Notes: a model not told the origin generated them from the letters alone. A stretch of 63,942 nt of DNA, filler included, from Albugo candida (GCA_040437565.1; 14 parts of 14 records of this genome joined end to end with filler, not necessarily neighbours in it), one strand, 5' to 3'. Positions 10,650 through 22,440 are shown, counted from the first letter of the whole stretch. Translations and numbers: made by a program.

Positions 10650-13600
10650 ATGGATGATAGCTCTGATTTTTTCGTCGCTTGTTATTGCATTTACTGCATT
10701 AAAGATTTCAATGGCTTTGTAATGACCTCTACAAAAACTCGTAACCTTCACGAGAGAGAAGACCCTGAAGCAAAAGCTAGAAGAATGGCTCATAGCCGTA
10801 CATCAGTTCAAATGGGTATGTGATTTGAATTCTAGTATTTTTTTCTTGTTTATGTAACTGATTGTTTTTTTTTGCACCCCTTAAAGATTTTGTCACTAGA
10901 CCTTCCAACAACCAAGTAGATGTAGAAATGACTGATGCTGCTTTGGAAGTTTCTGATTTCGGTAAGCAAATGCAGATCTAAAACGCATGGAGGTATAAGA
11001 TCGCAATTACTAACTTGTTCATTTTTTAAATATAGAAGAAAGCTATGGTTTTGAAGACCCTGAGGAATATTTTTTACCTCCCGCTGATGAGATCTCTGAA
11101 GAAAACTCAAGCGACGATGAAGAAGAAATTGAGGATCGTACGTACAATATACACAGAAAAAAAAAAAAAAAACTTAATTAATATTTTTACATATTAGTTT
11201 CCAACATGAACAATTCTTCAATTTTTCCTGACGAACCTTTGTCTTTTGTTTTATTCTTGATGGTGTTGTATTTGAATACATATTATTTGACAGTTGAGGG
11301 AAGCGAGGTGGTCATGGCTTTTTTAAATGTTGCTTTAGCTATTGCAGGCAAAACATACCGTTTCCCCTGTACCTTGACTACTTTTCAAAAAAGATGTGAT
11401 GCTCGTAATAACTTTCATTCTGGTGTTCAAGTTTATGTATCTTGTCCTAAATGTCATTCTCTTTATAAATTACCAAAAAATCAAACAGAAAGAAATCAAT
11501 TTACCAAGTGTAACTGCCCCAAGAAATTCTCTCAAATCAGTGACAGAGTTTTAGAGTATTGTAACAATGATTTGTATGACTTGACCAACGCCAAAAACTT
11601 GATTCCCAAAAAAATTTCAATTTATAACTCAATTATTACAACTTTGAAGAAATTCTTTTTGCGTGATGACTTTGCTGAATCAGTTTGTGCTTGGAAAAAT
11701 AGAAAGATGACCGCTACTGATTATTTCTTTGATGTTTATGACGGTGAAGTATTTAAAAACTTCAAATTAAACGAATCTGATGCTACCCCTTTTGTCAACC
11801 AAAGTGATTATAATTTATTGTTATCATGTAATGTAGATTGGTTTAACAAGTGCAATAATTCTGACTACAGCATGGGTGCTATTTATATCACTATTCTGAA
11901 TTTACCTCGTGATGTTCGTAACTTGAAAAAAAATTTGATGTTTACTTTGTTGGTGCCTGGTGGAGGAGAACCCAAGTTGGAACAAATCAATAATTACTTA
12001 CGCCCTTTAGTTGATGAACTTGAATTACTTGCTCAAGGAGTAATGATGGATGTTCCTTCTGTTGGTGAACAAGTCTTGGTAAAAGCTGCAATTGCTTTAT
12101 TTGTTAATGATCTTCCTGCAGCATCTAAAGTAGCTGGTTTTTCTTTTTTTAACAGTATTTTTGCTTGCAGAAGATGTGATCGTGCTTTCCCTCGTGTATC
12201 TGTCGAATCTAAACAACCTGACTTTTCTGATGTTAACATAGAAAACTTTCCTCGTCGTACAAAAGAGTCAAATTTCAGATATGCTACACATTACAAAACT
12301 TTAAAAAATAACAAAGCCCAAGATGATTATGTTCGTCTTCATGGAACAAGGTGGTCTGAATTCCATCGTTTACCATACATGGACCTAGTGACATATAATC
12401 CTTTTGACGCCCTTCACAATTGCTTTCTTGGAACGTGCAAAAGAGTAATGACAAGTATCTTTATTGAAAAGGGATTATTGACTGAAAAACACTTAACCGA
12501 GATGAGTGAATTTTGCAGAAAAATTACTCTTCCTTTTGGATATGATATTTTAGCAAGCAAAATTGAAAAAGGCTCTGGCTTTGCGTTTTTTAAAGCTGCT
12601 GACTGGAAGGTGTTCACTCTCGTTCTTTCTCCCATCCTTTTGAAAAGTCGTCTTAATGCTATTAATTACAATCATTGGATGAAATTTATTTCTTGCTTCA
12701 TTAAAATGAGTCAAACTCAAATTTCAAGACAAGAAATTTTACAATGCCATCAAATGATCAAAAGTTTCATATCAGAATTTGTTGAACTATATGGTAAAGA
12801 AGAAGTAATGTCTAACGCTCACTACCATTTACATCTTGCTGTAAGTATACTTAAAAACAATGTAATCGTATTCGTACACGAGACTAATAATAATATTAAT
12901 ATTTGCAGGAGGACATAATTAATTATGGACCATTCCACACCCACAGTGCCTTTCATTATGAAAGGTACAATTCTGACTTAAAAACAATCAAGACGAATAA
13001 CAAGAAAGGAATGGAGTTAACAGTATTTTTTAAAGCTCTTGACAATGTTCATGCCGACGATGTTATCAACAGTTTTCCTTCCGTTGGGGATGTTGATATG
13101 GACAACGAAATCAAAAAAATTTATAAAGGAAAAGACATTCGTGGAAAGAAAGAAAAGTATGTGGATGAGTATTTGGAAGCAGAAATTGAAGCAAGCATGG
13201 ATGAAACAGTTTTTGATATTATGGAGTTTATTTCTTTTTCTGGTGGTCTAAGCGGTGATTGTTATACTCCTGCTTTTGGTTATGAACCTCTCCCTCCCAA
13301 TACCATCCGCTCTATAAAGTTTAAAAAAAGAACACAAAAAATGACAGAAATTGAATTTGAACAGCTCTTCACTTACTACACTCTTCATTTCAACTTCAAA
13401 TTTTTTTCAGAACAAGACGACACCAGAGGTATACCAACCAACAGTTACTCTATCGTTCAAAACAAAATTATAAAATTCAACAGCATTCAACTGCTTGGAT
13501 ATAAATACACTTCAATTCAAGCTCACTCTCGTAGAGGATCAATCGTTTATGCGTACCTCAATGATCGAGGTGAGCTTGATACTAATAAGCATGAATGCCG

Positions 13601-13895
13601 TCCAGGTCAAATTCAATTCTTTTTTCGTCATGAAGTGCAACTATGTAACGATGAAGGTGAACTAAGTGATGTAACTTTTACTTTTGCTTACATTCGTTTC
13701 TATAAAAAAAACAATGTTCATTTAACCACCTACGACACCATCAACACTACTACTGTTCACAAAGACTTCTTACCTGATTCATATGCATGTATTGTACCAA
13801 TACATCATATCCATACTCCAGCAGGATTTCAATTAAATATCATAACAGATTATAATTTAATAATTCAATTCCCTAGAAAACTTTCTGAATTTTAA
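10650..13895 (+). CDS. CACTA/CMC-superfamily (Transposase_21/Tnp2-like) DDE transposase, 5 exons, ~990 aa, intact
   Basis: Exons 10650-10815, 10887-10961, 11036-11137, 11198-12840 and 12909-13895 join in frame via GT-AG introns (2973 nt). Motifs: N-terminal CYCIYC..H, DVYDG, NVDWF, NDLPAASKVAGF, CRRC, DALHNCFLG, HYHLHL, YGP and FHYERYN. Confidence 0.88.
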
Positions 13896-14299
13896 TTTTT
13901 TTTCCCCTTTTCTTTCTTCTATGCATAATTATCAATAAATATATATCAATTTGTCTTTTTTTCATTTTTTTTCATTTTTATTTTTTTTAAATGGTACGTT
14001 CTTTAACAGTTATAATTAATAGATATGACTAGAAACTCTGTTTAGTTGATTTTACCATTAATTTCTTTATTTATTGTCAGTTACAAAAGTTAGTTATTAT
14101 TTAATATATTTGAATTTTAGGTCCAACAAGTAATTTCATTTCATTATGTATGTGCTTCTNNNNNNNNNNNNNNNNNNNNNNNNNNNNNNNNNNNNNNNNN
14201 NNNTTAATTAATTAANNNNNNNNNNNNNNNNNNNNNNNNNNNNNNNNNNNNNNNNNNNNCTTCCGTCCGCGAGACCATGCATCTGATGCACAGTTCTGG

Positions 14300-15005
14300 C
14301 CTTGTAGCCTCGAATTCGACCATAAGAACAGGTTTTCATCGACTATCGTGTCTCCATGACCAACGTTATTGATTGGGGCCACAGCAAATCCTTGTCTTTA
14401 CCCATTCGTAGTTGCTGTCTTGTGTCGTCGGCCAGTCGATCACCACTTTCCTTACTTTCCTTGTACTGTTCGTGCTCAGAGCATATCATTTCCGGAAATA
14501 ATTGCATCGTTGCACATTTCGCAATCGATTCCCCCAAACACCTACGCATAAGCCTTTCCATCTCATGCCACCCATGGCCTTCGTTTTCTGTTATTGATGA
14601 CAACAACACTGAGTACAGTTCTGACACCTCCAGATGAGTCAACTTCAGAAAGTTGCTCTACACACAAGTTTCACAAGAGTCTTGGTTGTCTGCTTTGTGA
14701 GAAAGGACAGCACAGACCCGGCCATCGAGTTGTAGGCTCTCGAAAATGGAAAGCTCTGGATACACAATCGGTTTGATTTTATGATGCATTCGGTGTAAGT
14801 GACAATCAACCAGGAGACGTGGTCTAATTTGTAAACACGCGTTGTTTTTCACACAATCGAATGTATTGGAGATGTCAGATTCCCGGAAAAAAATCATCAC
14901 TTCCGTCTGAGAGATTAAGCTGACAATCATACCTGTTTTGATAACAAGGAACATGCAATTGATGCAGGGAGTCTGGATACGCATACAAATGCGCACCTTT
15001 ATCAA
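14300..15005 (-). pseudogene. Degenerate Cys-pair module directly downstream of the CCG effector (broken C-terminal extension or decayed paralog)
   Basis: Same strand as the effector. Contains CINCM...CVKNNAC and CETCV...CEMC, spacing similar to the effector's CHTCL...CIDTKMC. Interrupted by stops and frameshifts. Confidence 0.4.
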
Positions 15006-15114
15006 ATACTTCCGTGAGCACTTTTACGGCTTGCCTGGATTGCTGGGTCTCGAAAAAACCTGGTACAACTCTTTTTTTTCTCTATCGGCGGGTTTTGGTT
15101 CCAGATGAGATACT

Positions 15115-16128
15115 TTAACAAAATATCCTCCATACTTGATATAAGAGGTCGCTTATCTGCTTGGTTTTGATACCCTTGGTCTTCATTATGACGTCTGACT
15201 TCATTGTTTCTGTAAAATCTCTCAAAGGCCTCATTGATTGATAGGCCTGAAACTCTAATGCTTTCTTGTCTGTCGAAAAGATTTGATCAATTCTACTACA
15301 AGCTCTCTCAGACAGGGACTTCATAGTAGGACAAAACCTAAAGCCACAATTTATATCAAACCTAGTATGATCGTAAATGCTTTCAAGTGCGTAAACAGTC
15401 TGCAATGTGGATGCTTGGAATTTTATATAGTAGGTTCGAATACCAAATGATGTACTGTGTAGCGCCAGACACCTTTCACATTGGAAGGAGCATGATAAAC
15501 ATACAAAGCAATGAGGATCAGAAGAGTGTATCGGGTGGTGAGGAATCGTATTAGGTCTCCTTGTAATCGCATTGCTTGAAGTGAAGGTTGAACTTTTGTC
15601 GAACTGCTTTTTTCCTGCTTTCTCCACACTGTGGACATTGAAAGACGCGACATTGTATCCATCAGCAAAGAAAAAATAGATTTTCTTGTAAGACTGTAGA
15701 ACTGGGTTAATTACATGGAGGGCGTCAGTGTGTGGTTTTCCGGACACTTTACTGTCTATTTGTATCGATAGGACGCTAATGCTGTATTCAATCACTGATA
15801 CTTTGCGGTGGGATTCAATCCAACTTGGAAATTGACGAGTGTCAGTTTGCAATTCGCACATTTTCGTATCGATACATTGGAATAAGATCAAGTCTTGCGT
15901 TGCAGCACGGCCTTCTACCAAATACGTTAGTGTGCCGCTGTCGTTCTTGACAAGAATGAGTCGTTGCAAACCAGCCTTCTGGATCAAGCACGTATGGCAA
16001 TCTTCCAAGAGCACATCGGTGACAATCAAAAAGCCCGTTTTATAGTGTGACGCTTCCCACGTTCGTGATGAGCTTTTCGTTACCAGAAGGATAGAGACTG
16101 CAATACATAACGCAATCGAACATCCCAT
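15115..16128 (-). CDS. Albugo-type CHxC/CCG secreted effector (337 aa)
   Basis: Hydrophobic signal peptide MGCSIALCIAVSILLVTKSSS from ATG 16128. CHTCLIQKAG (CxxCxxxxxG) lies ~40 aa downstream, followed by CIDTKMC and further Cys pairs. Intronless. Confidence 0.85.
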   Translation of the reverse strand: MGCSIALCIAVSILLVTKSSSRTWEASHYKTGFLIVTDVLLEDCHTCLIQKAGLQRLILVKNDSGTLTYLVEGRAATQDLILFQCIDTKMCELQTDTRQFPSWIESHRKVSVIEYSISVLSIQIDSKVSGKPHTDALHVINPVLQSYKKIYFFFADGYNVASFNVHSVEKAGKKQFDKSSTFTSSNAITRRPNTIPHHPIHSSDPHCFVCLSCSFQCERCLALHSTSFGIRTYYIKFQASTLQTVYALESIYDHTRFDINCGFRFCPTMKSLSERACSRIDQIFSTDKKALEFQAYQSMRPLRDFTETMKSDVIMKTKGIKTKQISDLLYQVWRIFC

Positions 16129-17661
16129 CAATTCGGTCTTTTTGATCACAAGATGTTTTCCGCCAATCATTTACGGCTCGATCCAATGCGCAAATGCGAT
16201 GTATCAGATAGCCATGTCAATTTCCACATAGCTTCTTTGACATGACAATTCACCAAATTAAGAAAAGTTTTGGGCTCTGCGATAGCTTAATCCGCCGTAG
16301 ATACCTGGTATCTGGAAAGAACTCCTCGTTCTTATGTTTTCATCGGAAGTGATCTGGAACTGTAGTCAGATAGTGACAGCGCATACTCGAGAAGGATAGC
16401 TACATATATTTATTTTTTGGGGGTAATTAGTCGTATTTAGAAAAATTATATGTCTTTTCTAAAGAGAATAGCGTCAATGAGTGATATATTACGTGCAACA
16501 GAAGTAAGCGCTGCTGACCGATGCTATTCCTACAAAAGCTTTCGATTTGTTCGGCGCTAAGGGAGTCGCTTGCTGGATTGTGGGCAGTCATGCTTCTAAT
16601 CTGTGTATTTGGTATGATGGCTGTATGCTGCTGTCAGAGAACCTGGATACTTTGCACTGCAAGAAGCAGCAAATCACTTAAAGCACCTTATGTGAAGAAT
16701 TAGGATAGCACTTGGGTAAGGTCGTTGGCCACTGCTTTCTGAGGCACTATCTGAGCATGTAAGTGATAGATCACGTTTTCAGAGTGAAGTTCTCAACGTA
16801 TGATGTATGTAAGCCTGGTATTGTAATCAGACGAAGATTACGAAGCAGGATCCTCCGTTTGTTGATGACATTACAAGGCATAGACTACTATTTTGTGTTT
16901 GTACTATGGCCAAGCTTCAAGTCGCGTGCAGTCCATGTCCAAAGGACTGCGCTTCGTACGACTGTAATCAAGGAGCATTATATATGACCTTGGGATTAAG
17001 AAGGAATCAAAACCAGTCGAGGCTTATCGGTGTCGCGATACTATGCCGTCCATTTGAAAAGGACTGATCAAACTCAATTTAGGTCATGTCTACTACAATG
17101 GTTTATATAGCCTAGAGCCTAGAGCGCTTTGTTGTAGAAGAATTGATGTGATTCATCTTAACTCTAAGCCTATACCTTGTGGATCTATTCTTGGGTGACT
17201 GCACGTAGGCTCAGTTGACGAGCATGGTGCATATTGCCACTAAGCGCTAAAATTGAAGCTTGAAAATACCATCCTTTACTACGGCGACCAAAGATCAAAC
17301 GACTTCATAGTATCCAAAGATTACATCCATCTAACATGCGCATGCATTGCAACACTTTGGGTACTCCAACCTCTCACCTCTGACCGACTGACCTTCCGTG
17401 TCCTCATGCCTCGCGTTTGCATGAGGGCAAGCCAGCAAGCCCAACAGGTGGCGAGCTATTCTGTACGATACATCGGCCGCGGTAGCCTTAACCTCAATGC
17501 TTACAGAGGCATGGAAATGTGTCGGAAGTGCGAAATCCACACAGTCGACTCTGAATGTGATTAGTTGCGAAACACAATGTGTACGAAAAGAGAGCGAAAG
17601 CCATTTGTATTCCCCGATTGATTATCGCCCTACTTTTAACGATAAAGATGACCGTCGCTAT

Positions 17662-18756
17662 CTAAAAAATCATTTCGTGCACAATGTCTTTTTTTGTGAG
17701 TGAGAATTTGGCATTCAGATACGCTTTCAGAAGCGGTTCAGCCTCAATCTGCTTGATGAGTACTTGATCCACTGCTTTCTGATCTTTTCGTCGTTGTTCG
17801 CTGATGACAGGAGCCTACAACACACAAAGTGTCAGGTTGTGTTGGGAACTTTGTCACAGCGATTCCAAGCGCCGATTGAATGCAAAACACTCGAACGATA
17901 CTTTCAGCTTGAGCATGCGCTGGTAGAATCAAAAGAATGCATACGCACCGAAGTCGATTGTTCAAAGAACTGGTCTTCTTTTGAACTTTTCTTGGTCACT
18001 TTCTCTTTGGCAAAGTACGAGTCGTCAATATCGATAGACGGAATACCGGAAATATCAATTTTTGTCGAAGTCGCAATCACGTACGCTTGATTGACACGTC
18101 GTAGAGGAACGCCATTGATCTTGTAAGGACCTACAACCCAATCGATACAGTCAGTACAGATGTGTCGGCGCATTGAATTCTCAGCTCTCATAATCTTGCA
18201 TATCTTTAGCAGTAAGAAGCCTACAGCGCGATACGCACTTTTTCCACACTGAACAAAAGAACAGGTCGAAAAAGCGCTCAACGCTTTCAATCGAATGCAC
18301 AGGAAGATATCCCACACAATCGATTGATGTGAGCCAATTACCGCCTCTCGTTGTCAGTTTGCATCATTGAATTCCACTTTTTCTTATTGACGTACCAGTA
18401 ACCAGTAGAGTTCCCGACGGAAGCTGCTTCAGAAATACGACGCGTTTGCCACGGAATCGACCAGACAACAGGATCAAAACTGTTCCTGGAGTGATGGATT
18501 TACGCAAGACTGCAGTCTTCTTGCTGTTTCGCACAGTTTTTGCCGATGCGAGACGTTTTGGAATATAATCCGCGGGATACCATTTCTTCTTGTTGGGTCG
18601 TGTTTTAGGCGCAACAACTTTCTTTTCTGCCTTTCTCTTTGCGAATTGGAATCGACCGTTTGTACGTGCCAGTGAATTGGATGAAATAGCGTTGATCCCA
18701 CGTGCAAGCGCAATGTTTTGACGTTTCCCGTTGACGGCGGTCATCTTTCTTTGGGG
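17662..18756 (-). CDS. RPL6: 60S ribosomal protein L6 (eL6)
   Basis: Exons ~18756(or ATG 18744)-18396, 18130-17949 and 17814-17662 with GT-AG introns. Motifs [58 protein letters not shown] and [20 protein letters not shown] possible tiny first exon lies off-contig. Confidence 0.96.
18175..18374 (-). ncRNA. Candidate intronic box C/D snoRNA (~200 nt) in RPL6 intron
   Basis: GAATTC-A-ATGATGC (box C, 18367-18361) ... G-CTGA (box D, 18184-18181)-GAATTC. It has a 6-bp terminal stem, and the variant C7 of box C pairs with the G before box D. It fills most of an enlarged 265-nt intron of a ribosomal protein gene. Confidence 0.6.
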
Positions 18757-18904
18757 CTGGAAAATGTCGATAAATGTCCGCCAGTGAAATAGAAACCGGT
18801 ATTTNNNNNNNNNNNNNNNNNNNNNNNNNNNNNNNNNNNNNNNNNNNNTTAATTAATTAANNNNNNNNNNNNNNNNNNNNNNNNNNNNNNNNNNNNNNNN
18901 NNNN

Positions 18905-20075
18905 GTCTCCACAGGTAGTGGTTCCTGATGTACACCTCTGCCGTATATCTTCCATCTGTCAGATCATGCTAAAATGCACATTCGCGTGTTTTTTCTGATA
19001 AATTCCATGTTTTCTTCGTAAGGTGAAGATGTGACGAAGTATGCTCTTGGTCGCATCAAGCAGTATGTCATTGACAAGGGGATGAAAATTTGCAAGTACA
19101 CTTGTGTCCAAACTGAAATGTGGCTGACCATACATATAATTGATTGACACCAAACTAGCTTGATTAGATCCATTGCCATGCGCCGTTCGTGTTGTTGGTA
19201 GACCACTGGGTGAGAACGATATCTTGTTTTGGAAGCTGCAAATTATTTTAAGTTCTCTGACATGAGATGAGCTGGGTCAGTTGTTTTAACTCGAGAATTT
19301 CGTATAGGATGTTACACAGTGTGGAAAAGTCTAATTGTACACGTAATATGCACCACCCTTGTTGCCAGTTATGGAATTCTACCATAATCTTACTTCATCT
19401 ACAAACACTAGACCCATTTGAAGTTGTGCAAATATTTCAACATCGTCTATCTCTTGACCAGTTTTGATACAGTTGTCGTAGTCGTACACTCTTCCATGCA
19501 GATTTGAAGCACAAAAACAACAGTGTCAGCTGTATGCAGCATGTCGGATCTTGACAGTGTGAATATGACTTCGCACGACGGCGAGGTTGCATGATTCTAC
19601 CGGATTTTACTGTATTCAATACATCATCGTAGAGATCACCATGACTCAGTTTGACGTCGCTTGTTGAATCTTCTGACGAACAACTGCAAGAAGGTTTCTA
19701 CCAGCGTTCTGGCTCATTCGCATCAAAAATCTTGGCAACTCTGTGCCATAAGAAGAGAGCCTGCGATGTCTCGACACGATCCTTCTCCCCCCACGGAGAT
19801 AATTTCAAAGTATGCAGTCGATGCGACCAAGCAAGTTCCAAGCTTACCTCATTGTTGACTTGATGCGCATCCTTGTGAGCAGCATCCAATCACTTCTGAT
19901 CACCGGTGAACGAGTCGCGTAAAAGGGATCTCGGATGTTGATCAATAAGATAGCTTGCATGGAACCAAAAACACACGAGTCAACGTCCACACTGCACAGA
20001 AACTGATACACGTAGCGATTCCAAACAAAGAGCGTCCAAGTTTACAATGAACTTCCCAAACTTAAATGATCCTTC
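18905..20075 (-). pseudogene. Degenerate 'gene X' of the amplified cassette, copy 2
   Basis: Colinear DNA homology to ~5193-6300 with multiple stops and indels. Confidence 0.45.
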
Positions 20076-20169
20076 CTATGATAGTATCGCAATATAAGTG
20101 ATAAATTAGAGACAATAGTAGCCCATATATACTTTTAGTTTTATCAATATACTACTAAATCCATCGCAC

Positions 20170-22260
20170 TCACAAGTCCAAGTACCGAGAAGCAATACGG
20201 TTGTTTTGCCTCATATATGGATGCGGTACTCGAGACTATCGTAAGGTGGTCAACATTTATCAACGTACTCGTTCTTCTACACTATATAGTGTGGCACATG
20301 TTATTTTAAGACTTGAGATAAACGCTCCGACTTTTGAACCAGATCGAAACAGATTATAGAGCGTGACTCCCGGGTTCCAGATGGTATTGAAGGATAAGGT
20401 ATTCGTCTGAAAATAAGTCCTTTTCATTGTTCAAGCGCTATAATTAGGAACAGGGTCCCTACCACCCACTTACTTCACATCTACTGGATAAAAGTCTTTG
20501 AAATGCGGGAGAGACCACTACACTTTCGGATCAGTACATCACCGTGTCACAAGCATCTAGGTTCCGAGATAATGAGAAACGCGATATCCGAGCTGATATA
20601 CTGGATATACATACACTAGTGTTCAGTATCGCTGACAAGGCGTCCTCCAATGTTTGGTTAAGATGGGCTTACGGGATCTACAAATTCACAGTGGAGTATT
20701 TGGCCACGTTGTGCGAAATTCAAGAGAAGAAGACCGAAGGGAAGATTAGTGTCATCGTAAGACTTCGCCCTCATCCGTGCCCATACCATGTGAAACGATA
20801 CAAGCTCGAGATTTGGGAATATCTCAAATTGCTATTCTCTGCCGCTGGCCAAATGATTGCTGCATCGACTTCGACGTATCTCTTGAGAAGATTGTTGTGG
20901 CATATGAAGCGGAAATCGAACCTAATCACCATATTTCCAGTGAGTTGATGGCTAATGCCAATACCGAAGATACGAAGTGTCGGTTTAGTACATCCCAAAG
21001 AGTGATTGTATCCCTTGAATCAAAGTATTAACATGATGAACATCCGCACTTCACAGCCAGCCATATTTGTCATCCATCATTACGCAGCTCAAATTGTATA
21101 TGATACAGTTTGGCTTTTGTGACAAGAGGAAGATTGTATTCTACTCGGAACTCATCAGTTTCATCAAGCGATCCACAAAGTCCTTTGTTGCCACTTTGGT
21201 GACAGTTTTCAGTCGAAATAGAAATTTTGTTACCGCAAGAAGCAGACAAATTGCAGGATTCACGTCAAGCTGGTACGAATGGAAGCGGGACAAATCGGTG
21301 TAGTTTACGGACGCAGTTTCGCAATCAGTTGAAAGAGCTGCTTATACAATTGGAGTCACCAGTAGCCATTATGTGCGATGTCTCAAGCCAAACGACATCG
21401 CAACACCTTCCAAGTTTATAGAGCAGCCATTCAATTCGTTATCGTATTTGTTCAGGCGGTGGCACGCGACTTTGTACAACGTCATCGATACAGACGTCAG
21501 AAATTGCTTGTGTCCGTATTTAAAGCGCTGTTTGAGGTTTGCTCGTCCGGTAAAGATCTATCGAGCGGGAGAAACTTCTTCGAGCGGAAGCTGATAGAGT
21601 TAGTCAGCTTCAGAAGTTGAAAGATGAGACATGTTCGAACGATCCCAAGCTCATTGGCGAAAGACAGAGTTCAGACGCAATATCCGATATTTCCTCCGAC
21701 GAAAGCTCTCGACCAACCGCAATATCACTGAAAAATGCCGCAGAACGGAATGATCGTGGTCAGTCATTATGGATCCCGAAGACACAGTCGTGCATGTCGC
21801 CGCCAATCGCTGTAACGCTCACGACGTGTTACGTCTACTACAAAATGGCCCCGGTACCAACGCTCGTAATCGTCGTGGTCGAACAGCGTTGCATACTGCT
21901 TCACTACACGACAACGTGCAAGTGTTGGGAACTCTGTTGGATTGAGATGCAGACGTAGTAGCAGAAGACACCGATGTGGATACTCCGCTTCATGCCGACT
22001 TTGATGCTGTTGGAGGCCGGGTGTACACCCAATATCGTCAATGTCAAAGGTCAAACAACACTTATCGATGCGTTGGATCGTGGCGACATCTGACTGTCGA
22101 TGCACTTATGCAAATTAAAGCAGATGTCCTATTTCGAGAAGTGAAACAACGTCAAAGTGCATTGTATCTCGCAGTCTTAAAGCTCTGTCGAAGAATTCAT
22201 TTTTCTCATCGATCGCAACTCGTAGTGGGGGTATACGCCCCTGACGTAGTGTCCTTAAAC
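20170..22260 (+). pseudogene. Myosin-IQ-ankyrin pseudogene, copy 2
   Basis: Frameshifted motifs HTLVFSIADKA, EYLATL, STYLL/EKIVVAYEAEIEPNHHI, HPHF..FVIHHYAAQIVY..GFCDK, QFRNQLKELLIQLES and RCLKPND. IQ-like VQAVARDF and ankyrin remnants follow. Colinear with 6445-8600. Confidence 0.85.
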
Positions 22261-22440
22261 ATTTACTCCGCTTCCATCCCGTGTAATTGGAACCAACTCG
22301 TGAATAGGAGCACGTAGAGATGTACAGACGGTATAGATCGTGCAATCAAGGCTATGATAGAAGATTAAACGCATGAAATTAAGATCAGGATGTGTTTGAA
22401 GCATTAAGCTTCTCTTAGAAGCGATCCATTTGCTTGTTGG

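Noticed and set aside
16129-16170. Upstream in-frame starts given by the ORF track (also 45380, 10570, 39455, 29756)
   Set aside because: Downstream ATGs give a signal peptide or sensible N-terminus. The extensions lie in AT-rich leader or LTR sequence, and some start at non-ATG codons.
17815-17948. H/ACA snoRNA in the other RPL6 intron
   Set aside because: One possible hairpin but no convincing hairpin-H-hairpin-ACA layout.
19140-19500. Assigning gene X as an inositol polyphosphate 5-phosphatase (GNKGG, ..HERR) or C2-domain protein (VYDYD)
   Set aside because: Only short isolated motifs in broken frames; no GDLNYR or other confirming motif seen.
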